Positions 28,368 through 38,830 of a stretch of DNA of 64,000 bases are shown here, piece by piece. Source of the stretch: the human T2T-CHM13v2.0 reference genome, Homo sapiens; the NCBI RefSeq assembly GCF_009914755.1, contig NC_060931.1, one strand, 5' to 3'. Position 1 is the first letter of the stretch. Every line of letters starts with the position of its first letter. The notes under the pieces are model-generated. The model worked only from the letters and a program-made list of their open reading frames with translations, had not been told where the DNA came from and did not search any database. The position numbers and the translations under genes are program-made.

Positions 28368-28877
28368 CTTAAAAAGTCTTAAAATGTTAGCAACCATGAT
28401 GGACACGGAGCTTGCTGCAGCACCTATGACGCCAGAAATCTTGTCGGGCTTGGTGAAAATGGGTGGATCTCCATTAGCACACTTCACATCCGAAGCATCT
28501 TTCTCTATTAATGCCTGCACGAATGTTAGAGACTGCTCCAAAGCATAGGTGTCCCTAGAGCACGTGTCGAGGATGCGGACACCCAGAGTGATGTTGGAAA
28601 GGAGATCAGGGTCCTTGTTAATCTGGTCAATTGCATAAAGCATGGCCTCCAGTCTGTGAATCCCCTTTTCCTTCTTCAGCTCCCCACAAGGCACCCCTCT
28701 CTCTCCCTTTGCGTGGACAGGGAAGAGACCCCCCAAAATAATGTCCCCATCCACCCGTATGGAATGGGCATACTCCTGGCTGTGAGTTCTTTGCATCATT
28801 GTGAGGATCCAGTAGAACTTGGCGGTCAAGAGGAAGAAACAAGGGCAAGAGGCTGATCGCTTTCCCTCGCATACCAT
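28368..28877 (-). CDS. GRM8: GRM8 first coding exon: codons 1-170 of metabotropic glutamate receptor 8 (signal peptide + N-terminal part of the class C GPCR Venus-flytrap domain); CDS continues leftward beyond the window
   Basis: Translation [58 protein letters not shown]...[35 protein letters not shown]...[22 protein letters not shown] is the recognisable mGlu8 N-terminus. The GGLFPVH, ILDTC and VIG.A.SSVS motifs are mGluR hallmarks. ATG at 28877 is in strong Kozak context (AAAATGG). 510 nt end at a phase-0 donor AAG|GTAGGT (GT at 28367-28366). Confidence 0.98.
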
Positions 28878-29188
28878 TTTCTCCACAGGTGGTATTGCAA
28901 TCCAAGACCCAAAGTTTATTCTTGCCACAGAAGAAAGGGCACCACCTGAGGCTGCACCTTCTGGAGGCTACCATCAGGGCCCATGGGGAAAAGGCTCTGT
29001 GGGCATTAGCAAGTTTTCTTGATTTGAATGTCACAGTGAATTTCCATCAGACCCCTAAGGTTCAATTTTATTTCCTTATAAGATCAACTTGCCTGGAATG
29101 GTGCAAAAATTAGAACATCTGAGGTTCTGATGTTGGGATGAGGTCAACAATTCATGTCCTTGAAATCAGCCTTGTAGCAGAATTATTC
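28878..29188 (-). other. GRM8: 5'UTR portion of GRM8 exon 2 (311 nt)
   Basis: Strong minus-strand acceptor: branch-like CTGAAC, pyrimidine tract CCCCCTTTTTTCCCCTCTTCC, then CAG|GAAT (AG at 29190-29189). Confidence 0.9.
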
Positions 29189-32100
29189 CTGGGAAGAGGG
29201 GAAAAAAGGGGGTTCAGTTCAGTGGGTCTACATGTTTCACATTTTGCAGCCCTGTTTACGCCAGCCTCTTAAAAAAAAAATCCCCTATTCAGTAAGAAAC
29301 TAATTCTTTTTGTCCCCCTGTGATTCTGAACACCTGGCTGCACTGCATCTAAACAGGGAGATTGATCATATTTTTGGAGCAAGAGAAACAGAACAGTATC
29401 AGGAAGTAGGTTGATTCTCCCAAACCAGAAAGCACTTTTATTTATCATCTTATTTCAATAAACCTTATTTCCATGAAGGTAAAAATCCTGCAACTGATGG
29501 CACCATTTCTTTTCAAATCTGTTTTTTTTTTTTGCAGCTATCTGAATTTAGCATTCTAATTTTGTCAACAAAATCATAATAAATATTATTTTCTGTGATG
29601 TATTCAACAAGCCAGTCATCTGTTAATGACTTTTTTTTTAGTGCCTCAAATTACCCAGTAGGAAAAAGTGATTATTCAATTACAAAGTGAAAGAGAGAAA
29701 GAAATCCACCCAAAGAGCTAAAAAATGTGTAAGTTTTGTAGCTTGTGAAAAAAAATTAACATAGAAAGTCAGCTATTTCATATAAATTGTCTTATTCTCT
29801 GGTAAGAAAACAAAGACTTGAAAATGAAACACACAGGTAAGGTGACATGTGAAGATATTCCTATTACCATTGTCAGGGTTTCCAATTAATTTGTCGGTGT
29901 GGGAGCAATGGGTATATTAACAGTTCTGAGGGAAACATGCCTTGATCCCAGAATCACTAGGAGCAAATCAGAGTTGTCAATCAATTGAAGAGCTGCCTAA
30001 TTTTGCCTGACTCAGTGGGGAAAAGTTCATCAAGACTAGAAATAACTTGAAGTGAAAAAGGCTACACGCAAATCTACAGACAAAGCCTTTTTCCTACGGC
30101 CTTCACCCTTAATTCCGTAAGATTTTTTTCAAACGACTTTTGAAGAGATGTGACTGAAAATGAGAACTGACTTAACACAGGGAATCTGAGATTTGTAATG
30201 CACAGCTAATTAAGAGAATAAACAGCACCAATTTACTTTGGCAGGATGGTTAATCTAATGCTCATTTCTAACCTATTTATATATGGGTTTGAAACCTGAA
30301 ATTTGGACAGTTCTCCTGTACCCTAGCCAACCAACATCTGCTTGTATTTTCCATTCACTTGTTCAAGTTCCAGTTCATAAAATTTTCTTTTTATCCTTCT
30401 TGCCCCGAAAGGAAAGATGGTGCTTCCCTGGGGGATAACTGAAAATATGCCCAAACACCTTCAAAGAAAGCTGCATTTTTTGCACTTGCAGATTAGAAAA
30501 GAGGGCTCATAGCAGCCCACTGCCCCATATTTCTGAGCAAACACCTGGCAGCCTAGCCAGCCAATGGCCCACTCGGCTGAGATAGTTCTGTGCAGCCTAA
30601 GACAAGTATTCCCTGCCTCCGGGCACACATTAAGCCTTAGATTTCCTCTGTGCTGCCCCCAAAATACTTTCTGATTTTTCTCACCACTTCACTGTTTAGT
30701 CCCTCACACTGGATTCTCCTAGCAGCTGCTTTTCCCTCAGAAAATCTGTGATTCAATAACAGCCTGACCTCAGGCATTCCACAAAAGGAAACACTCAGAA
30801 AGTCAACCTGATTTTCTGGATGAAACCATTTAAGTGATAGGCCATAAATTACACCGGCCACCCATTAAGAGAAGTAAGATTGTGTTTAACAGTTTCACAA
30901 GGAAAACCAGTCACATGATAGTAAAACCTCATTAACTCTGATCACTAGTTGAGAATTTGAGACCAATTCCACGTGGCTGAGCCGACCCTTGTTCTGACAG
31001 AGTACAGACTAAATGAATAAATAAGGTGAAGGAGAAATGTCTAGGGGGAGTGGATGGGTCTTGGGACCACCTTTCCTCTTTACACCAAGCCATCCCCCAA
31101 GTACTTAAAACACTTAAGAGAATAAATGGCTTTCAATTATAGACGAACATACAAACAGCCCATCTGTTCATCACAATGCATCCTTACCTATCCATGTGGC
31201 ATTAACCTAGTTCCACTTGCTGTACAGTCCAGAAAGTAATAAAATTGAGTCGCTTTTAAAATTATTGGTAATTGCAGTATTGTTTACTCTCTTTGGCATC
31301 TCATAGCTTTGTTTGGAGCTTTAATTTTTAAAAAAAGATTGGGGAATGAATAGCAGTGAGGCAGGAATCAGTTTTGTTTAGTGGCTGAATGCACTGAAAT
31401 GGAAAACTAGAGGTTCAGTTTTGGTTTCATTTCAGTTTCATTTATTGGACAGCTCACTTGAATTTTTGCTGGAGTTTCCGTCTCTGGAACACAGAATTAA
31501 TTGCATGTAACCTCTCTGAAGCTTGCTTTTCTTGTCTGTAAAGGTGATAGAACCTGCCACACAGCACACATGGAAAGCATAGTATCTGGCTCATTAAACA
31601 GGAGTTATTGTTGCTAACTTAGTCTGTAATTCATTTTCTACTGGAGCAGAGCAACTCTTTCTGTATTTGCCCAGTTGGTGAGCTTTTACTGAATTTCGTT
31701 TGTCACTTTAAAAAATAAAATCAGAGCTACTTATAAAATATTTAAATCTTCCATTTATTTCAAAATCTGATACATTGTCATAAAAATCAGACTCCACTGC
31801 CAGAAGGTTTAGTTTCCCCTTTTAAAAAACCTAAGGAAAAATATATTTGAAAGTTTGTGAGAAACTACATCAGTTAGGTTTCATTGTATAATCTTAAATT
31901 ACTTATCTTGCTCTTGTACAATTCTTGTGAGCTTTAATCCAAGCTCATCCTAGTGGAGTCTGTGAGTTTTAAACAAATCACAATCTTTCAGAGCTATAGA
32001 TCCAAATACCTCTATTGTATGTTTTGTGTTTGATTTAAAGTATAAACAGCTCCTCTCTCAAACTGACCTGCCTCTGACATGTGGCAGAAGCGGGGACTGT

Positions 32101-33879
32101 GCTGGACTGTTTCAAGGAGGCGTGAGGTCTGGACTCCTGAAACCAATCTCAGAGGGGGACAAATCCTCTCAGCACTATGTCTGGGCCCACAGGGAGAGGC
32201 CGTGGAACCCTTTGGGGAGGCTTAACCATGAACCCTCATAGCCCTTCCTGTGCACTCCCCCGCCAGCCCACCCTTACTTACAGGGCACATCATACATCAT
32301 TGGGCCCTCCATGGGCAGTCCCCTGGCCTAAGACTCCTGGAAGCAGGCACCCTGGCTGGACCCCGAGCCTGTATCCCCCTAAATGTGCTCTGTTTCCTAA
32401 AAGGCCAGAAGGATACCTCCTCACTGGCCAGAGCCCAGAATTCTGCTTTATTTTCTACACACCTTCTCTGTACCAGTGTCAAGTATCTAACACAGTATCT
32501 CCATAAATTTTCATACACCAGGCATTAGCTCTTGTATAAATGAGAAAAGAAGGCTCAGAGGGATTGAATATGGCCCCAACCCCTGAGAGCGTGAGCTGAT
32601 AAGTGGCAGTGCCACCAAAGTCATCTGTCCCAGAAGGTGGGTCCTGTCCTTGGAGAAAGACCCCAGTGCTGCAGGGACTCACTGTGGCAGCACAAGGAAA
32701 GGGAATGGCCCTGCCCCTCCACTGCAATCTTTCAGAAAGGTGCACATCTTCAATGCTTAGCTCTGGAAGAACACTAACATATTAATTAGGAAGGGACAAT
32801 CTGGGGGCATTTCCAGGGAGGTGATTTCTGAATCTCTCAAAGGGCTGAGAAGATCCAATGCGGTTTGTCCAAACACTTCTGCTCCAAATGAGGTCTCCTG
32901 GCCAGGTTGATGTCAAGGTGATGTCAGGTGGAACACACCCACCAACGCATGCAGGGTCTCTCTGGGTCTGCCATCACATCTTCCTTGGGCATTTAGCAGG
33001 TATGATTAAAATATGATAGGGTAAAATCCTCACTGAGGAATACCATTATCCAAGAATTGTAATTTTTTTCTCATAAAAAGGCCAAAGCAGCATTCCTATG
33101 CTGCATTCCATTCAGCTCTTTAACAAAAAGGTTAAGCTGAATATTCTCATCAATTCATATGACTGCTCACACTTGCAGCTCTTTTGGTTGTTTTGAAAAT
33201 GCATCGTATTTCTGTATCATCTCCCATGCTGCAATATGTGTGCATGTCTATGGATTCTTGGTGGGGCAGAGTGAGGATGGGGCAGACAGAGCTCTCCCTT
33301 GGCAACAGACGCTTGGAATCGGATCTTTGTCTGACAGTCACTGGCTGGTAACACTGAACATGTCCCCTCACCCCTATGTGCTTCCATTTCCTCATCTGTG
33401 AAACGAGTGAGATGGACCACGTGATCTCTAAGGTGTCTTCCAGCTTCCTATTCTGAGATTCTATTACTTAATAATAAGGGAATATGAGATTATGCTCAAA
33501 CATCAGAGCAAGGCTTTGCCAACTGAACACAATAACTGATTTTGTTTGCAAGTTGAGTGACTTTTTTTCATCAGTGAGAGGATTGTGAAAGCTCTTCTAC
33601 ACAAGCCAGCCTCATATTTTAAAAAATCTGATACAGGAGAAGCTCGACTTACTAAACAGATAAATTGGAAAGTAATTATTTGCATTACAGAAGAATTCAC
33701 CACAGGTTTCCTTTAAATAGCTAAATCCCAGGCATTTAAAAAAAAATCTGATTTAGGAGAATTCAATTTGTGCCTTTATTTTTCCAATAACACAGCTATT
33801 GCACAAAAAGACCATATTTAAAGTAATGAGAAGCTACTTTTTATAATATGTATCAGATAAGAAGAGAGAAAGTGGGTGA

Positions 33880-34370
33880 CATCAACACTTACTGATTGCC
33901 TGCAGTGTGCCTGGAGCTGCAGACACATTATTTCATTTCCCTCTAAAATACAACTATGAGGATGGTATCACAGCCTCCATTCAGGATCTAAGGAACCTGA
34001 AAACAGAAAGATTATATGACTGTGTCTAAAGTCTCAGGCGAGAATTCAAATGCAGGACTGCCATTATGTTCCTTCCCTTACTCCATGCCCCATGGGGGCA
34101 GGAGGCCATGCTGGATCTCAAACTAACCCTGATTTGATAATGAGGACTGGGAGTGAGATGTTCTAGAGTCCTAGGAGACACTGATTCTAGTCTTACTTCC
34201 CCCAGTACTCACTGTATAGCACTGGGCAAGTCACTTAACCAGATCTCAGTTTCTTGGTTTCTAAAATGGGGAATGATTTTCCCCCATCTCCCAGTTTGTG
34301 AAATCCAACAATATAATGTGTGTCAAAGTACTTTATAAACTGCCAAGTGCTATAAGAATGCACAGGGATA
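33880..34370. mobile_element. Two adjacent MIR fragments (minus ~33880-34090, plus ~34140-34370)
   Basis: CTTACTGATTGCCTGCAGTGTGCC...GAATTCAAATGCAGG and CTGGGCAAGTCACTTAACC...TCTCAGTTTC...TAAAATGGGGA. Confidence 0.6.
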
Positions 34371-37300
34371 CTATTAGTCTAACAATCTGTCCTAGAACTA
34401 AAATATGTTACTGGTGTATTGTACTTAGAAGATCTAAGAAAACCACTTTCTCATCACGCTTGGGTCTAGTCAGACCTTAACAACGGTCACAGGTCCAAAA
34501 AAAGTCAACCCTGGCAAGCCTATATGGAGAGCACAGAGCTTGAAGGAAAACTGGAAAGGACGCAAGAAGAAGTCAATGGAACTACCATGCCTGACCTGGA
34601 AAACTAAAGGTCATGGACACTGAGCATCTAAATCGCTATTCTGAAGAAAGTGGTGACAAGATAATCTCCTGTTGTGAAAACAAGACAACCGGAAACCTTC
34701 CTAAGTTGTAGGTACAATATAATGCTTCTACCGCTGGGTCATGACCACTGGAAAAGTCAGCCAATAAATAGCCAGCAGCTTTCTAGCTTTAGGCATAACC
34801 CTGCCTGGAAAAGTATGAAATTGGCAACACATGTGTCCAACAATCTATACTCCTCTGAGGGCTCTCCTAGATATTCCTACTTCTGTTCACCTCCTGCCCT
34901 GCCCTGCCCTGCGCTGACCTCCCCAGAACTAGGTCTCTTCCTTCCCTCAGTGCCTTTGTTCTTTCATTACCTTGGCCCTCCCCAGGGAGTGAGTGGATTC
35001 ATTAGCAGGTATCAAAGCCTGAAGATGCATTACTGTCATCCCCAAATGGAACATCTGCATTCTCAAAATGATTCCTAGGAGAGCCATAATTTATTTACCA
35101 AAGAAATATCACCATTAATAATGGTTAAGGCTAGCAATGCAACAAGCCAGAGCAGAGAGCTAGGAGTCAGGAGCGTCTCAACAGTACCTCTCAAATCATT
35201 CCAACAGCATTGCCCACCACTGAGAAAGGGTGTCCTGGGATGAGACAATATTATGCTCAGCGTCCCTCCCAGTGAGTGGGTGAGTTTGTCGCAATTTGTC
35301 AAATTACCAAGTAGAAATGAAAATCAAAGAAAAAAGAGAGAAAGCCCAAATCTAAATTCCAATTCCTAGCAGAAAGAAAACCCTCTCTTGAAATGGAAAC
35401 AATAAGCCAGCCAACTCTCAGCTCATAGCCTCTCCTGGGAACAACATGAAGTGGCCGTCCCTATTGAATGAACCACATTTGTGAGTCTGGGGATGCCCAG
35501 TCAGAGTCTATCAAGAAAACAGCAAGTTTCCTGAACCTCCGCAAGCCAGCCAACTTGACAGACATGGAGATGTGGCCAGGTCTTGGCTGTGGGTCCAGGA
35601 AGAGAGAAATTCAAGCAGCATCTTCTTTTAAGACACTGGGACAGAGCAACTCCACTCCCCCCAACTAAAGCAAGGTCATCTTTATGATGGGCATTCTAAC
35701 TACCTGAGAAAGGTGGTAGGAAGGAAACTTGGAAGGAAAAAAACATGTGTGTAGTGTGCTGTACATCGTGCCCTGAAGACAATGGAACATTCATACACAA
35801 AGATTGGCACGCAATTGCCAATGTGAATGTCAGACGGGTTATTTGCTGCATAAATACCAATTAAACAAGCCCCGCAGCAGCTTCAACCTGCTCAGCCAAC
35901 TTTGAAAAGAGCACATCTCTCCAGACCTCTAACTTTCTCCTGCACTCACTGGAGCTCAGCTCTTCCTTTTCTCTATTCCTTTTGGATGTAGATGTTTTTA
36001 GAATTATTCAAGCAGCCATAACTTTCGAACGGTGCATAACAGGGCAGAACTAGCTAGCACAATCCAAACAGAACAAATTGAGCCTAAGGAACAGTATACA
36101 GCTGTGTTCTCAGTATCTTCTTCTTTATTCCGGGTCAATTGTCTCCTACAAAGCCTCCCGTCATCTATTTCTCCCCACATCCCTTATTCAAAAGCAAGAA
36201 TTCTCTATCTTAGACATGGTACAACCTGTAGTTGACTCTAAAATGGAAAAATTGCATTTTAAAAAACCTTGGTTCATTTTCCCTGACGGAGGAAGCTTTT
36301 CTTTTCAAAATTATCAAGCCACACGTTTTCAAGAACCAGAGAATGAATTGCACACAGCTGATTCTGCCTCCTACAGAGATCTTTCACGGTATTATTCACA
36401 AGCAAGTGACCAAGGTAAACTAAAGTGGTTTCTGTAGCCATTTGCAATTATTGACAAACAATTTCATAACGGAAAGTGGAAATTACAGGCAAGTGCAATA
36501 AGCTGTTTATCCACGATCTACCTGCTGGTGGCTCTTTTTCTCTATTTTTCTTTCAAGCAAAATACAAGCTACCATAGGAATGCTTTTCTCCCGTTCATGA
36601 TTTTTCTTGTATCTCCACCACCAACCCTGTTTTCCAGTTCTGTCAGTTGGCAGGATTTGTATTCAATCGCGGTAGTAGCCCAGACTCTAGTGTATTCTTG
36701 GGTGTTCCAGAGACTCCCGCACCTTCAGGTTTGTGGGAAAGGATCCCCCAAATGGCAAATAAGGCACTCCCTCCCGGGGTGGGACTTGCTTAGGGGACTT
36801 AAGGGTTTCTGCAACCGGCGAGGGGGTCTGTTTTCACCCCCGCTATCTTGGGTGCGCAGACACTCTCTGACACCAGGCTTCACAGTTTGGGCCACGGGGG
36901 AAGTAATTCCCCAGGGAACCGCGGGGGTGCGGTTTTGCGCAACTGGGTGACTCGCGTGTCCCTCCGCATTTCATTTGCACCAAGGGAGCGCGTGTCAGAC
37001 GAAGGGAATTTTTTTTTCTTTTTTGGTGATTCTGTTATTTTTTCACCAACTGTACGAAGCTCAAGGGATATCCGAGCTTTCTGGCTGGGCGGATGGGCTT
37101 CGCGCTTGGCATGGCTGAGCGGTCCATCTCTACCTCTCCGTTTCTATCTCTACCATAACAGCGACCACTCAGCCCGCCAGGAGCCCCTGTTTCCCAGCGC
37201 AGGTTCCTTTTTCTTCTCAGTTCCTTGGGCTGTTGAAGCCGGGTTCTGGGTAGATAGAGACTGGGGCCGTGGGGAGAGCGCCAGGCTGCTTTTGCCTTTC

Positions 37301-38469
37301 CCGCGCCCCGGGGCATTCCGGCGCGCTGGGGATGCAGCCTCCGCCCCCGCCGCACCTGGCCGCCCGAGCGCCCGCGCCCACGCCCCGCGCGGGGCCGCCC
37401 GAAACTGGGGCCGCGCCAGCCGCGGGAGCTACCGAGGAGCTGTTGGGGTGCGTTTGCCTTTGCTTTTTAAACAAGATCCCCGAGACCTTTTCTCCATCCC
37501 CCCAACCCCCAGCAGGACACGGAACTCCGGCGTTTCTCGAAAGCCACAAAAGAGGGGCACGGAAATCCCAAGCTCGCCGTGCTAACTCGGAGAACGCAAA
37601 CTCGAGGCAGAGCGTGCGCCGTGCGGGGATGTGGGTGTCGAGGACCCCGAAGCGCCCGGCTTCCCCCGCGACCCCCATCCTCCCTAGATCCTGGTTAGAC
37701 ATCCATCCAGCCCACGCTCAGAGGGCGGGGGTTACCCCGACTCATCCCGGAAGCCGCTAACTTCAGAAATCCCTCCTGTTAGGTTCGCGAAACGAAGGTA
37801 CCTCGTCATCTCGGCGGGGCAAGTCCGGATTCCACCAGGGCAGGTCCGGGAGGTCACCCAGGGCAGACGATCCGAGGCAGAGCGCTTTAAAATCCTGCCG
37901 CCGCACGCCCAGTCAGAGCGCCGAGCGCGCCTGCCCCCTTCCCGTCACCCTTCAGTCTCCCATTCGCCGACTAAACTTTTGGGGGATCACATCTCCAAGC
38001 CTTGGGAGTTCCGGGTAAAGTCTCCCTCTTTTCTGAACCTCTTTACTGTAATGTAATCATGGGCAGACAAGAGGGATGGCTGCCTTGTTCTTTGCAACGT
38101 AAAATCAACAGACACCCAATCAAGCTCCAATGCCCGGCCAGCCCCTCGCCCCCTGGTGCCCACTCTCCTTCTCCCCCCATTCCCGTCACCTCCGCCCGCT
38201 ATTTCTCTCACAGACTACGGACATGCAGGGCCATCTACTTGTGCTCAGGAAAAACAAATCACTAGAGTGATATGAGAAGGAATGGTGCACCTGGCTGTCC
38301 GCTGAAAGGTTTTAGAGAAGAAAACGGAAAGGGGAATAAAACGGGGGGATTCTCCTTTTCCAACAAGCAGGGCGTTTTGGGGAAGTTTGGGGGCCAGGGG
38401 CTTTTTGTCCCGTGGTTCGGCACTTGCTTTCCTCGGAGCCGCTTTCTGCTGCCGGGCGGCGAGTCTTAC

Positions 38470-38615
38470 CCTGCTCCCCGCAGAGGGCGCGGTGAGGAAG
38501 CCCGCCGGGGGCCCGCAGCTCCATGTCAGCGCCGCCGCCGCCGCCGCCGCCGCCGCGTGAGGCGAGCACAGCGGCCGCACTTGTGGCTGATCTCTGGGCT
38601 GAGGGGGCTGAGCTG
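38470..38615 (-). other. GRM8: GRM8 non-coding exon 1 (3' boundary from the donor motif, 5' boundary approximate)
   Basis: Consensus donor AGG|GTAAGA (GT at 38469-38468) inside the CpG island, just downstream of CCAAT/GC boxes; contains the GGC repeat. The TSS cannot be fixed from sequence alone. Confidence 0.75.
38530..38556 (-). repeat. (GGC)8 / CGG trinucleotide repeat in the GRM8 5'UTR
   Basis: Uninterrupted (GCC)8GC on the plus strand at 38531-38556. Confidence 0.97.
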
Positions 38616-38669
38616 GCCTAGCAGGCGCCAAGTCTCTTCCATGTGAATAACAAATACTCCCACCGGCGG

Positions 38670-38830
38670 CCGCGATTGGTCTGCGCCCGGCGCCTCCCGA
38701 TCCTCCGCCCGCGGCCATTCACCCGGCGCGGCGCGGGGAGCCGCGGCCAGGATCGCGCCCGGGATCGCCAATCGCTTCGCGCCAACCAGTCACCTCGGGA
38801 AGCGGGAGGAGGAACCCCCGAGGGGCGGGA
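38670..38830 (-). promoter_or_regulatory. Proximal promoter: two oppositely oriented CCAAT boxes and Sp/KLF GC boxes
   Basis: ATTGG at 38675-38679, CCAAT at 38768-38772, CCGCCC at 38705-38710, GGGGCGGG at 38822-38829, immediately upstream of exon 1. Confidence 0.6.

Noticed and set aside
28878-28928. 17-aa N-terminal extension of GRM8 in the ORF track (MARINFGSW...)
   Set aside because: It starts at GTG in weak context. The ATG at 28877 has a strong Kozak context and gives the known mGlu8 N-terminus.
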